Source of the DNA: Candidatus Melainabacteria bacterium 17Bon1m
Lineage (GTDB): Bacteria; Cyanobacteriota; Vampirovibrionia; Obscuribacterales; Obscuribacteraceae
Assembly (NCBI GenBank): GCA_032128875.1
Contig: JAVLKG010000020.1
Span: 1 to 51,101 of the forward strand
DNA: 51,101 bases
Direction of reading: 5' to 3'
The stretch's first letter is position 1; the number at the start of each line of letters is the position of its first letter. Under the pieces are notes generated by a model. The model did not search any database. It worked only from the letters and a program-made list of their open reading frames with translations, and had not been told where the DNA came from. A program made the position numbers and the translations under genes. Shown piece after piece: positions 27,641 through 39,168 of the stretch.

Positions 27641-30379
27641 ATGACCAGTCCGGAAGAAGAACAAAAGAAGGCTGCGGAGGCAAAGGCGAGGGAACAACCC
27701 AAGCCCGATAAGCCGAGCTCGCCCGTAGGTGATGCCTTCACATTCGTGGGGCAATTAGTGGGCGACGCTAAGAATCTTGCGGTGGACGCCGTGGCTGGGC
27801 AGCATTCAGGCGATAAAGTTCTCGCTGGCATTTCGCCCGAGTTAGCTGCACAGTATAAACAAGGCAAGGACGTACAGGAGCGTATTGCCAGCGGCGCGTT
27901 GAAACATGGTCACCTTAACGAGACGGACCAAAGGAATTTAGATGCCTTCAACAGTGTGCGTAAGACTATCTCGCAGGTGCCGCTGTATGACCGGGATTCT
28001 TTGATGCGCTATGTCGAGAAAGGTATTGAACAAAAGTCAAGGACGGCTCCGCACGAAACGGCAAAGCCAGCCAGTCCGCCTGCGCGCAGCGAATCGGTAA
28101 AACCAGCCGCGAGCGACGCTGCAAAGCCTAAGCAATCCGATACCTCAAGACTCCCGCAGTCGGAATCCGCAAAACCAATCTCTCATGAAGTTTTAAAACC
28201 TAAGCAACACGATGCTACGACTACGGCTCAGCGAGACTCAGTTAAGCCACCGCTTCCAGAACTCGGGAAGCCATCACTAAAAGACGCAGCAACTGCTGCT
28301 CAACGGGAAAACTCGAGTCCGACGCAACGCGATGCAGCGAAATCCCCGGCAAGCGACATTCCGAAATCCCCAGTAAGTGACGTTCCTAAATCCCCGGTAA
28401 ACGACGTTGCAAAACCTTCATCACTCTCAGATGCCCGGGGTATTCATTCTGGCGAAAGTAAGTCGCCAGCGTTTACAGCATTCGAGCGGCGCACAAGTTA
28501 TGATGCGCGTCCACAACAAGAACGGAAACCTGGAGTTTCACATCCTTCCGCTAGTGATTCAAAAGCTTCCGCTAGTGATTCAAAAGCTTCCGCTAGTGAT
28601 TCAAAAGCTAGACTTCAAACATCTTTTGCAGATAGTGGCGCTCAGAAAAGTGATGGTCATGGTAGAACCGAAAGTCCTAACACGCGCGTGCCATTTGAGA
28701 ATATGCGTCGAGTCCTCGATGAAAGGACCGCAAGGTCGAATAATCACTCTCATACTGCGATCGACAAAGCGCACAGTGTGATTGAACGAGCGCCCGAGAA
28801 GCCTGAGAGCAATGATGTCGACCGTCTCGAGCATCGAACATTGAATTCCGCGTCACGGACAACACTTTCCGAAGTCAAAGCAAATCTGTCACCGCATCAG
28901 ATGCAGCAATTGGTTCGCACGTCGGAAGAGCGTTTTCCTGCTGGTCTTCGTTGGCAAAATACCTTGCAACAAGCAAACGCCGATGCGCGCACAATCGTAC
29001 CTCAAGCCGTTGACCGTCGGTCTGATTCAAGGAATGTGCAGCAAGATGTTCAATCTGGTGGAAAACCCCCATCAGCCGCTATTCGCCAACCAGTTGAAAA
29101 GCTTCCACCAGTCAACACGCAGCATCCTGAAGCACCGCATTCGGATGTTGGTTCCGGATCTCGCACTGGTCGTATCAACCCTAGTTCGCCGCGAACATCC
29201 GAAGTTTCTTCACCTGGGGCGAAAACAAATCTACCCGTAGGGAAAGGCGATGGGCACGTTGGAAGCGCAGGTGTTGGGCCACATGCAATCACGCGAGATG
29301 CTCAACATGCAAACACGCGTAGTACTCAGAGTGCTAACACTCGAGATGCTCAAACTACAAAATCGCGCGACCCAGGTCTTATCGCCGCCGAAGCGGGAAT
29401 TCTGACTTTCCATGGACGCATACAAAATCGCTATATCACTGGAGCAGAGATTGCTCTTGCTGCAATCATTGCTGCTGCCGGTGCTAAACGGATTCGATTT
29501 GATGAGTTGCCTCCTCCTGGCTCGGACAGAGAAGGACAAATGCCGCTTGTCCAGCGTATCGAGGCGTTTTTGCCGAATAATCGAAAGGTCGAACCACGTG
29601 GCGTATCCACAACTGGACAAACCGCAGAATCCATTTCCGAAAAGAATGCCGATCAAGTTCCACAAAAGCAACAGCAAAATTCACGTACGGAGGTTGGTTC
29701 AAAACGATCGGATTCAACATCAAATTCAACGGAGAAGTCTGTTGATGAGGATGATGTTCCTGGGACTGCGCGCTATTTGCAAAAGCACCATTACAAGCGC
29801 CGCAAAATGCTGATTGGTCCTCAGGATACATTCGTGAGTATTGCGGAATCTCTGGTTGAATTGCGCCATGATTCTCGCTATGCGTGGTTGATTGCTGACA
29901 TCAATTTGCCTCGCCTTAAGGAAACGTATGTCGACGGCAAGAGAGTGGTGGAGGTTCGCTCACGTCAGGAAATTGAGATACCTGGCGAGTTTGATGTCGA
30001 AGCCTTTGATCTGCACCGAAAGGACGAATACAGTCCGGAAAATTTGGTTACTGTTGTACTGGAATCGCAAATCGATCGCGAACTTCTCGATGAACATTTT
30101 GGAGTGTTTGTGGACGGAGGAGAGATTGCGGTTTCCGCTCCACCACCCATGAATGCGTTTCCCTCGTCGAGCATGTCTCCATCTTTGTTAAGTCGAAATA
30201 CGATTGCAGGCGAAGCATCTGTTTTGCTTCCGTCACTTGCACTCAATTCTGCGAATGTATTGCGTGTGGCGCGGCAGCAGCTACACGAGATTACCCAGCA
30301 GGCGCTGGAGTCAGGACGCAAACCGATTTCTAAGCTCAAGAATTCGCTTAAACGCGAACGCATCAAGCGCAATTTGTAG
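27641..30379 (+). CDS. Large low-complexity protein with a C-terminal LysM-like domain
   Basis: ATG 27641 with GGAG; long S/P/K-rich region; IGPQDTFVSIAE...WLIADIN...RQEIEIP is LysM-like; hydrophobic AEIALAAIIAAAGA segment. Confidence 0.8.
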   Translation: MTSPEEEQKKAAEAKAREQPKPDKPSSPVGDAFTFVGQLVGDAKNLAVDAVAGQHSGDKVLAGISPELAAQYKQGKDVQERIASGALKHGHLNETDQRNLDAFNSVRKTISQVPLYDRDSLMRYVEKGIEQKSRTAPHETAKPASPPARSESVKPAASDAAKPKQSDTSRLPQSESAKPISHEVLKPKQHDATTTAQRDSVKPPLPELGKPSLKDAATAAQRENSSPTQRDAAKSPASDIPKSPVSDVPKSPVNDVAKPSSLSDARGIHSGESKSPAFTAFERRTSYDARPQQERKPGVSHPSASDSKASASDSKASASDSKARLQTSFADSGAQKSDGHGRTESPNTRVPFENMRRVLDERTARSNNHSHTAIDKAHSVIERAPEKPESNDVDRLEHRTLNSASRTTLSEVKANLSPHQMQQLVRTSEERFPAGLRWQNTLQQANADARTIVPQAVDRRSDSRNVQQDVQSGGKPPSAAIRQPVEKLPPVNTQHPEAPHSDVGSGSRTGRINPSSPRTSEVSSPGAKTNLPVGKGDGHVGSAGVGPHAITRDAQHANTRSTQSANTRDAQTTKSRDPGLIAAEAGILTFHGRIQNRYITGAEIALAAIIAAAGAKRIRFDELPPPGSDREGQMPLVQRIEAFLPNNRKVEPRGVSTTGQTAESISEKNADQVPQKQQQNSRTEVGSKRSDSTSNSTEKSVDEDDVPGTARYLQKHHYKRRKMLIGPQDTFVSIAESLVELRHDSRYAWLIADINLPRLKETYVDGKRVVEVRSRQEIEIPGEFDVEAFDLHRKDEYSPENLVTVVLESQIDRELLDEHFGVFVDGGEIAVSAPPPMNAFPSSSMSPSLLSRNTIAGEASVLLPSLALNSANVLRVARQQLHEITQQALESGRKPISKLKNSLKRERIKRNL
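28545..28609 (+). repeat. In-frame 21-bp tandem repeat x3 (SASDSKA)
   Basis: CTTCCGCTAGTGATTCAAAAG repeated perfectly. Confidence 0.95.
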
Positions 30380-30437
30380 ATTTCGGTTAGTCCAACATTC
30401 TGGTTAGTCCGAGTTTCGGTTAGTCCAAGATTTTGGT

Positions 30438-30444
<7 letters not shown>
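30379..30444. repeat. Tandem 16-17 bp repeat x4 with a GGTTAGTCC core
   Basis: Cores at 30385, 30402, 30418 and 30435 (variant); fills the convergent intergenic gap. Confidence 0.85.
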
Positions 30445-31406
<962 letters not shown>

Positions 31407-31589
31407 AATTTCCGCCGCCAATAGAGTTCGCTATTAAGCTAATTATCCTGCATTTCAGCTCTTACATTAGACTTTGGTACTTCTTACCCTCCTATGTGCT
31501 ATAAACCGCTACTTAATAAGCACCGCGTCTCGAGCGGCGGTGTAGTACGGGCGGCTCTTGGCAGCGTCGCGATTTTAAGGAATTGGCAT

Positions 31590-34124
31590 ATGGAGAATAC
31601 GGCAGTGGGAGTTGAAGACGACCGCACAGGGATGAGCATTCCCACGTTACGGCGTGCACTTGAGGACAACCTCTACTACGCACAGGGAAAGTTTCCCGAA
31701 ATTGCTAGTAAGCGCGATTTCTATATGATGCTGGCATACACAGTGCGTGACCGTCTGCTGCAGCGTTGGTTGAATACTCTAGAAACTTATATCAGAAAGG
31801 ATGTACGCGTCGTTTGTTACCTTTCCGCTGAGTTTCTCATGGGACCGCACCTCGCCAATGCGATGGTCAATATGGGCGTCGAAGAGCAATTCGAGAAGGC
31901 TTTGGCGGAGTCTGGGCTCGACATCAATGAATTGATTGCGCAGGAAGAAGAGCCTGGACTGGGCAACGGTGGTTTGGGTCGCTTGGCTGCGTGCTACCTT
32001 GACTCACTTGCGACTCTTGCCATTCCTACAATTGGCTACGGTATTCGATATGAATACGGTATCTTCGACCAGGAGATTCGCGACGGATGGCAAGTCGAGA
32101 TTACAGACAAATGGCTGCGCTACGGCAATCCGTGGGAGATTGCGCGTCCTCACTCTGCAATCGAAGTCAAATTTGGTGGCTACACGCGCAAATACAAAGA
32201 CGCTAAAGGTCGCTATCGTGTCGACTGGGTGCCTGATCGCACTGTAAACGGCGTGCCTTACGACACACCGATACCAGGTTACAAAAACAATACCGCCAAC
32301 AATCTTCGATTGTGGAGAGCAGAATCACCGGAGTCGCTCAATCTGCAAGCTTTCAACCGGGGCGATTATGCGGGCGCTGTCGCTGAGCAGATTGCGTCAG
32401 AGACCATCTCCAAGATTTTGTATCCCAACGATAATTCGCAGCAAGGAAAACAACTGCGTCTTGAGCAACAGTATTTCTTTGTTGCATGTTCGTTGACTGA
32501 CATGATCAAACTGCACTTGCGTGAAAATGAAGACCTGCTGAACTTCCACGAAAAATTCGCCGCACAAATGAATGACACTCACCCATCGATTGCTGTTGCA
32601 GAATTGATGCGTTTGCTCGTAGATGAGCATGATATTGAATGGGATACCGCCTGGGACATCACTACTAAGACTCTCGGCTATACCAACCATACTCTCCTTC
32701 CCGAAGCGCTGGAGCGTTGGCCGATTAAGTTGTTGGCTGACTTGCTGCCACGTCACATGGAAATCATCTTCGAGATCAATCGTCGTTTCCTCGATGATAT
32801 TGCCGAGAAGTATCCTGGTGACGATGCGCTTATTCAGCGTCTTTCCATTATCGATGAAGCCGGTGAACGTTTCGTCAGAATGGCTAACCTGGCATCGGTA
32901 GGCAGTCATTCAATCAACGGTGTCGCTGAGCTGCATACCGACCTCTTGCAGAAGCACACGCTGGCTGATTTCTACAAAATTACGCCTGAAAAGTTCAACA
33001 ACAAAACCAACGGCGTCACCCCTAGACGTTGGATGGTGCTTTCCAATCCTAAGATGACCAATTTGATCACCAGCAAGATTGGCGATGGCTGGATTAGAGA
33101 ACTTGACCAGCTGAAAGGTTTGGAAAAATACGTTGAAGATGCTGAATTCCGCAAAGAATGGCGCGATGTAAAAGCACACAACAAGGTCGTTTTGGCAGAC
33201 TGGATTCAAAATCGTCTGGACTTGAAAGTTGATCCTCAGTCGATGTTTGACATTCAAGTAAAACGTATTCACGAGTACAAGAGACAGCATTTGAGTGCAC
33301 TGCATATAGTGGCGCTCTATAATCTGCTCAAGGAAAATCCGAACATCGACGTTCAACCCAGAACGTTCATCTTTGGTGGAAAAGCTGCGCCTGGATATTA
33401 CATGGCGAAGCTGATCATCAAATTGATCAACTCAATTGCTGAAGTGGTCAACAACGATCCTAAGATCAGCAAAATCATCAAGGTTGCATTCCTGCCTGAC
33501 TTCAGCGTCAGCCTTGGACAGCGTGTCTACCCCGCTGCTGATTTGAGCGAGCAAGTTTCCCTCGCCGGAAAAGAAGCTTCCGGTACAGGCAACATGAAGT
33601 TCGCTCTCAATGGAGCAGTGACTATCGGTACGCTCGACGGAGCGAATATCGAGATTCGCGAAGAAGCTGGTGCGGAGAACTTCTTCTTGTTTGGTATGAA
33701 CGCAGAGGAAGCGGCGCAACTGAAGGCGAAAGGATACAACCCTTATCACTACTACGAGAAGAACCAGCAGTTGAAGAACGTCATTGATGTTCTTAGCTCC
33801 GGCCACTTCTCTAACGGTGATCCGGATCTTTTCCGCCCGCTGATCAACAATCTGCTCGCTGATGATCCGTTTATGGTGCTTGCGGATTTCGCCTCGTATG
33901 TTGAGTGCCAAATGAAAGTTGGCGCTGCCTTTAAGAAGCATGATGAGTGGACTCGTATGTCCATCTATAACGTGACTCGTATGGGCAAGTTCTCGTCCGA
34001 TCGCTCGATTCAAGAGTATTGCGACGACATCTGGAAGGTAAAACCAGTCAAGGTTGAACTCAAGGAATACTGCCAGCACGAAGCCGGACTGAAAGTACCA
34101 ATGGGTAAGACATGCCTGATTTAG
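31590..34124 (+). CDS. glgP: Glycogen/starch/alpha-glucan phosphorylase
   Basis: GLGNGGLGRLAAC, QMNDTHP, YTNHTLLPEALE, QVKRIHEYKRQ, EASGTGNMKF (PLP Lys); ATG 31590 with AAGGA RBS. Confidence 0.98.
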   Translation: MENTAVGVEDDRTGMSIPTLRRALEDNLYYAQGKFPEIASKRDFYMMLAYTVRDRLLQRWLNTLETYIRKDVRVVCYLSAEFLMGPHLANAMVNMGVEEQFEKALAESGLDINELIAQEEEPGLGNGGLGRLAACYLDSLATLAIPTIGYGIRYEYGIFDQEIRDGWQVEITDKWLRYGNPWEIARPHSAIEVKFGGYTRKYKDAKGRYRVDWVPDRTVNGVPYDTPIPGYKNNTANNLRLWRAESPESLNLQAFNRGDYAGAVAEQIASETISKILYPNDNSQQGKQLRLEQQYFFVACSLTDMIKLHLRENEDLLNFHEKFAAQMNDTHPSIAVAELMRLLVDEHDIEWDTAWDITTKTLGYTNHTLLPEALERWPIKLLADLLPRHMEIIFEINRRFLDDIAEKYPGDDALIQRLSIIDEAGERFVRMANLASVGSHSINGVAELHTDLLQKHTLADFYKITPEKFNNKTNGVTPRRWMVLSNPKMTNLITSKIGDGWIRELDQLKGLEKYVEDAEFRKEWRDVKAHNKVVLADWIQNRLDLKVDPQSMFDIQVKRIHEYKRQHLSALHIVALYNLLKENPNIDVQPRTFIFGGKAAPGYYMAKLIIKLINSIAEVVNNDPKISKIIKVAFLPDFSVSLGQRVYPAADLSEQVSLAGKEASGTGNMKFALNGAVTIGTLDGANIEIREEAGAENFFLFGMNAEEAAQLKAKGYNPYHYYEKNQQLKNVIDVLSSGHFSNGDPDLFRPLINNLLADDPFMVLADFASYVECQMKVGAAFKKHDEWTRMSIYNVTRMGKFSSDRSIQEYCDDIWKVKPVKVELKEYCQHEAGLKVPMGKTCLI

Positions 34125-34149
34125 TGGCGACAATTACGTGGTCATTAGC

Positions 34150-34206
34150 GTAAGGGCGACGCCATGCGTCGACTCGAAAACTGTAGAGGCGCACGTTTTG
34201 CCCTCT
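34150..34206 (+). repeat. Two degenerate REP-like copies
   Basis: GTAAGGGCGACGCCATGCGTCG is nearly identical to the 3492 element; followed by GTAGAGGCGCAC...GCCCTCT. Confidence 0.65.
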
Positions 34207-34222
34207 TCAAAGCCGGTGAAAA

Positions 34223-35830
34223 TTGAAAAATGAAAACTATGACGTGATCGTAATTGGGTCAGGTATGGGCGGGCTCGCGTTTGCAAGTCTAGCTGCGCAA
34301 ATGGAGAACAAGCGCGTGCTTGTTCTGGAAAGACACTTTAAGTTGGGCGGCTACACTCATACATTTGATCGAAACGGTTATCGATGGGACGTTGGGTTGC
34401 ACTATGTGGGAAATCTCCACCCTGGCTCGGAACTGCGCAACCTGATGGATAGAATTTCTGGCGGAAATCTCCAGTGGAAACAGATGCCTGAGTATTTCGA
34501 TCACTTCGATTATCCGGATTTTGTTTTTCCTGTACCCTCCAATCAAAAGCAGTTTCAGTGCGATTTGATAAGAATGTTTCCGGATGAAGAAGCTGCAATT
34601 CGCAAACATTTTTCTGACGTCAAAAACGCGAACACTTGGATGAAAACGAAGGTTTCCGAACCGATGCTATCCGGCGTGCTCAAGCCTTTGATGCAGTGGG
34701 GTAGCAGCCGCAATGAAAAGCTTGCTTTGTCGTGCACGAAAGACTATCTTGACCAAAATTTCAAAAGCGAGAAATTGAAAGCTCTCGTCACGTCGCAGTG
34801 GTTGGATTATGGCGTTCCCCCATCGAAGAGTGCATTTCTCATGCATGCTGTCGTTGTGCAACATTACTTCGATGGCGCTTTCTATCCGGTCGGTGGATCG
34901 AAGGCTATTGCTGACTCTATAGTTCCCATTATCAAACACCATGGCGGCGAATGTTTGACAGATCATAGAGTGACGGAAATTATTGTTGAGAACGAGACAG
35001 CAAAAGGTGTACGCGTTGTCCAGAACAAGGGGCAGTCGTCAGAAGAGAAAGAATATTTTGCACCTGTTATCGTCTCAGACGCAGGTATAGCAATTACCTT
35101 CAATGAATTGCTTGCCAAAACTAAATTCCATCGCCCTCTTCCTCACACGTTATCCGAAGATACGATGTCGGCAGTGACTCTCTATTTGGGACTGAAAAAA
35201 TGCCCATCTAGCCTTGGCTTTGACGGTCGTAATCATTGGATTTTCCAGGGGTATAATCACGATTTCGATCCACATAACAGCACTTCGCTGATGGACGGGC
35301 ATCCACACATAAGCTATCTTTCTTTCCCCTCCATGAAAGGTGATCCGACAAACCAGCTTTCCAAAAAGCATACCGCCGAGATTATTGTTCCTGTTAGTTT
35401 CAAAGCCTTTGAAAAATGGAGCGAGACTAATTGGAAGCATCGCGGCGATGAGTATGAAGCGCTGAAGCAACACATCTCCAAAGTGCTCATTGATACCGTC
35501 GATAAGCGCTACCCCGGATTTGCCGAGCTCGTCGATTATTCTGAGCTGTCGACACCGTTGACCAATCGTGATTTTACCGGGCACAAATTCGGCGCGCTCT
35601 ATGGTATTCCCGCGACAGTCGAGACCTTTAGAGCGAAGACCTGGGATCCGCATACAGAAGTGAGAAATCTCTATCTCACCGGCACCGATGTCGTGACTCT
35701 CGGTATTGCAGGAGCTGCATTCGGTGGGTTGGTCACTGCCAGCCATCTTTACGGTGGAATGTCCAGATTCTTCGAAGTCGTTTCTGGCGCGAATTTGGAG
35801 AAATCTTATGCCTCAGTTGTTGCCGTATAG
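34223..35830 (+). CDS. FAD-dependent oxidoreductase, phytoene desaturase/retinol saturase family
   Basis: IGSGMGGL Rossmann motif, LGGYTHTF, WDVGLHY, YPVGGS, STPLT, NLYLTG.D...GI.GA. Confidence 0.9.
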   Translation: MKNENYDVIVIGSGMGGLAFASLAAQMENKRVLVLERHFKLGGYTHTFDRNGYRWDVGLHYVGNLHPGSELRNLMDRISGGNLQWKQMPEYFDHFDYPDFVFPVPSNQKQFQCDLIRMFPDEEAAIRKHFSDVKNANTWMKTKVSEPMLSGVLKPLMQWGSSRNEKLALSCTKDYLDQNFKSEKLKALVTSQWLDYGVPPSKSAFLMHAVVVQHYFDGAFYPVGGSKAIADSIVPIIKHHGGECLTDHRVTEIIVENETAKGVRVVQNKGQSSEEKEYFAPVIVSDAGIAITFNELLAKTKFHRPLPHTLSEDTMSAVTLYLGLKKCPSSLGFDGRNHWIFQGYNHDFDPHNSTSLMDGHPHISYLSFPSMKGDPTNQLSKKHTAEIIVPVSFKAFEKWSETNWKHRGDEYEALKQHISKVLIDTVDKRYPGFAELVDYSELSTPLTNRDFTGHKFGALYGIPATVETFRAKTWDPHTEVRNLYLTGTDVVTLGIAGAAFGGLVTASHLYGGMSRFFEVVSGANLEKSYASVVAV

Positions 35831-36158
35831 TGATGAGTTGTGCGCTGAAGAACTTGAAGGGGCCTCGACGCAGCTCAGACAAAAACTAAAAGAGAGCGGA
35901 GTCTCTGCTGCTGAATGCAAGAAGTGGCTTACGAGCGTTCATCAGTATCCTCCGCAACCAGAACCTCCTGAGGTGTTCACCCTCCATGTGTTTCGCCCGA
36001 ACTGGTTCAAATATGGGGCTCATCCATTTACCAAGGTTCTATCATTTGAACACGAAACATTTTCTGAGCAGTTGTCGGAAGAACTGGCGCGCTTGTGTTT
36101 GGAACTTGGCCCTGTTATGGATAAGACTTTGCAGTCCGTTTTGTCTGACGTCCATTAA
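35808..36158 (+). CDS. Hypothetical protein
   Basis: ATG 35808 with GGAG RBS, overlapping the 3' end of the oxidoreductase. Confidence 0.55.
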   Translation: MPQLLPYSDELCAEELEGASTQLRQKLKESGVSAAECKKWLTSVHQYPPQPEPPEVFTLHVFRPNWFKYGAHPFTKVLSFEHETFSEQLSEELARLCLELGPVMDKTLQSVLSDVH

Positions 36159-36267
36159 GGAGTCGCTAAAAGTGCGAGGACTTTTATCAAGTCTTTGTAC
36201 AGATGTCTTCTGCGCGGTTGGAAATAAACTATATTGGTTATAGTTTCTCCCTACTGGATATTCTGCT

Positions 36268-36501
36268 TTGGACAACGACGCTGAACACTTCAAGGAAGAG
36301 CTTGCAGCTTCGGAACACGCTTCCGTCTCTGTTTTGAAGCAACTTGCGTTTGACAGTTCGGAAACGGTTCGCATGAAGGTTGCGGAAAATCCGCATACGC
36401 CAACCTCTCTCTTAGATAGCCTGTGCAACGATTCCAGTCGAATGGTGCGTATTACGAGTAAAGTTCAGTTGCTTCAACGCATGTCTCATCGGTCGGCGTG
36501 A
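36268..36501 (+). CDS. Small leucine-rich-variant (LRV)/HEAT-like repeat protein
   Basis: VLKQLAFD....VRMKVAENPHTP..LLDSL.ND....VR repeats. Confidence 0.75.
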   Translation: MDNDAEHFKEELAASEHASVSVLKQLAFDSSETVRMKVAENPHTPTSLLDSLCNDSSRMVRITSKVQLLQRMSHRSA

Positions 36502-36510
36502 AGTAAACTC

Positions 36511-39168
36511 TTATGTGCGTGCTAAGGCAATTTTGAATATTGCGCCGCGGGGTTTTTGGTCTTCAATCCAGATGCGACCGCCGTGAGCCAGAACAATGCC
36601 TTTGCAAATAGCTAGCCCCAATCCGCTACCTTCTGCTTGAGGATTTTCGCCACGCTGAAATTTGTCGAAGACGCGTGATTTGTCTTTGTCGGAAATTCCG
36701 GGTCCATTATCGGCGACAGAAATAACAACTTCATCTCCAAGCGCAGCAGCTGTGACTTTTATTTGGCTATCGTTTTGAGTGTGCTTCAGCGCATTATCCA
36801 GCAAATTTATTATTGCTTGTTGCATCAAGGGTTCATCCACGTTTACGTCGAGAGATGGATCCTCAAGTTGCACAATGATTTTGCCATCTTTCGGCTGTAC
36901 TTCTAAAGCAGAAATTGCGGCGCCAATGATTTCTTCCACTAGACATTCTTCCTTGGCAAGAGTAAGTTCAGGCGCCTCAACCTTGGTCACGGCAAGCAGA
37001 TTCGACACTTGTTTGTTGAGGCGCATAGCTTGGCTGCATATCTCGGTAGCCAGCGCACGACTCTGGTCTTTGGATAGCGCGCTATCTTTGTCCGCTAGCG
37101 TTCCGGCAGCTCCTGCGATTGTGGCAAGTGGTGTTCTCAAGTCGTGTGAAACAGAGCTGAGCAACGCGTTTTTCAATTGTTCTGAACGCATCTGTACTCG
37201 TGCCCGTTCATTTTCCTTATTAAGACCGGCTCTTTCGCAAGTGATCGCGATTTGATTGGCGAATGTTTCAAGCAAATGCAGGCGATCCGGTGACACCATG
37301 CGGTCGTCTTCCGGCAACCCAACTGCCAAGACCCCAATCACTTTCTTATAACCCATCAGCGGCACGTAGAGCGCATTTGCTGCAGGCAACGTGTCTGTGC
37401 CGGCCCCGGCAGGTTTTTTATTTCGGAACACCCATTGTGCAACGCCCTGATCAACCGACCACAAGGCGTTTCTTCCCAAGCCCCTGGCAAAAATGGCAAG
37501 ACTTTCTTTGTCGTCAGGCAAGTACAGCGCAGTTTGCCCGTGGAATACTTCGGAAATATGGCTCAATCCTTTCTCGACAATGTCTTCCAAATCCATTGTG
37601 GAGGAGAGCTCTCGACTGATTGCGTAGAGTGCGTAGGTTCGTTGCTCTCGCTGGCGCGCAGCCTCGGCTTGCTGTTTTACCCGCGTCGTCAGTGTGCTAA
37701 TGACGAGCGCGACTGTCAGCATGACCGCAAAGGTGATGACGTATTGCGTGTCAGAGACGGCAAAGGTCAAGTACGGAGGAACGAAAAAGAAATCGAACGC
37801 CGCCACACTCAAAACCGACGCCATGACTGAAGGGCCGCGTCCATAGTAAGTTGCCGTTATGACCACCCCGAGCATGTACGCCATCACAACATTGGAAGAT
37901 TCGAAAAAGGGCAGCATCAGCCGTGCCAATCCGGTAAAGAGCGCCACTGTAAGCAGTGCTTTCATGTAATGAGAGAATTTGGTGCGTTTTTTAGAATAGT
38001 GAAAGTTGCTGGACGTGTCGCTGTTTTTCTCGCCAGTGATGACATAGACATCGATGATGCCGCTGTTACGAATCAATTCATCGACCACAGAGCCACGAAT
38101 TATTTCTTGCCAGCGGGGTTTTGCAGGTTTGCCGACAACTATTTTGGAAACATTGTTTTGACGCGCGCATTTTACTATTTCCTCGCTTACGGAGCGACCC
38201 ATTAATTCTCGTGTTTCGGCTCCCAGTTGTTCTGCAAGACGCATTGTCTGAATCACGCGGCTTCGATCTGCCTCTGACATGTATGCAGAATGTGGAGTTT
38301 GAACGTACGCAACCATCCACTTCGCTCGCAGTCCCGCAGCCATGCGGCGAGCGGCGCGAACAACAGTCGGCGACAAAGGACTTGGGCCGACGCAGACAAG
38401 AATCTTTTCCGTCGTCGGCCAGGGTTCGTTGATTTGCCTGGAGAGTTTGTACTGCTGCATTTGTGCTTCCACGCGCTCCGCTGTTGCGCGCAGCGCCAGC
38501 TCTCTCAATGCGATGAGGTTGCCCTTGCGAAAGAAGTTATCCAAAGCGTGCAGCGCACGATCGTGCACGTAGACTTTTCCTTCTTTGAGCCTGTTAATGA
38601 GCTCGTCAGGTGGGAGGTCGATGAGTTCAATATCTACGGCCCTTTCGATGATGGAATCAGGAACCCTCTCCTGAACTGGAATACCTGTAATGTGGTCGAC
38701 CAAGTCGTGAAGGCTTTCGACGTGCTGAACGTTTAGAGTCGTGAAAACGTCAATGCCCGCATCCAGAAGTTCTTCTACATCTTGCCAGCGTTTTTTGTGT
38801 CTAGAACCAACCGCATTTGTATGCGCAAGCTCATCGACAAGAATCAGCTCCGGGCGTCTTTTCAGGGCAAGATCGAGATCGAATTCTTGCTGCTCTGTTT
38901 CTTTATAGGAGAGTTTTTTCAACGGCAATTGTTCTAGTCCGTCAAGCAGCGCTGCGGTCTCCTTCCTTCCATGAGTCTCTACATATCCGACGACGACATC
39001 GAGTCCGTCTGCTTTCATTCGCTTTGCTGTTTGGAGCATCGCATAGGTTTTTCCAACCCCCGCAACCGCGCCAAAGAATATTTTCAGTCTGCCTTTGGCG
39101 CTCTCCTGCTCTTCCTCTTGAACTCGAGCAAGAAAGGCATCTGGAGAGCGTTCATCGGCAGTCATCAT
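36511..39168 (-). CDS. kdpD: Sensor histidine kinase KdpD (full length)
   Basis: GAVAGVGKTYAML, VDELAHTN, USP, 4 TM with FDFFFVPP, GAF, SHDLRTPL, HATPase; ATG overlaps the kdpC stop. Confidence 0.97.
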   Translation of the reverse strand: MMTADERSPDAFLARVQEEEQESAKGRLKIFFGAVAGVGKTYAMLQTAKRMKADGLDVVVGYVETHGRKETAALLDGLEQLPLKKLSYKETEQQEFDLDLALKRRPELILVDELAHTNAVGSRHKKRWQDVEELLDAGIDVFTTLNVQHVESLHDLVDHITGIPVQERVPDSIIERAVDIELIDLPPDELINRLKEGKVYVHDRALHALDNFFRKGNLIALRELALRATAERVEAQMQQYKLSRQINEPWPTTEKILVCVGPSPLSPTVVRAARRMAAGLRAKWMVAYVQTPHSAYMSEADRSRVIQTMRLAEQLGAETRELMGRSVSEEIVKCARQNNVSKIVVGKPAKPRWQEIIRGSVVDELIRNSGIIDVYVITGEKNSDTSSNFHYSKKRTKFSHYMKALLTVALFTGLARLMLPFFESSNVVMAYMLGVVITATYYGRGPSVMASVLSVAAFDFFFVPPYLTFAVSDTQYVITFAVMLTVALVISTLTTRVKQQAEAARQREQRTYALYAISRELSSTMDLEDIVEKGLSHISEVFHGQTALYLPDDKESLAIFARGLGRNALWSVDQGVAQWVFRNKKPAGAGTDTLPAANALYVPLMGYKKVIGVLAVGLPEDDRMVSPDRLHLLETFANQIAITCERAGLNKENERARVQMRSEQLKNALLSSVSHDLRTPLATIAGAAGTLADKDSALSKDQSRALATEICSQAMRLNKQVSNLLAVTKVEAPELTLAKEECLVEEIIGAAISALEVQPKDGKIIVQLEDPSLDVNVDEPLMQQAIINLLDNALKHTQNDSQIKVTAAALGDEVVISVADNGPGISDKDKSRVFDKFQRGENPQAEGSGLGLAICKGIVLAHGGRIWIEDQKPRGAIFKIALART

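Noticed and set aside
27001-27867. 288-aa minus-strand ORF
   Set aside because: It overlaps two better-supported plus-strand genes.
34223-35830. Carotenoid biosynthesis gene crtI
   Set aside because: Only family-level similarity and no crtB/crtE neighbours; the substrate cannot be assigned.
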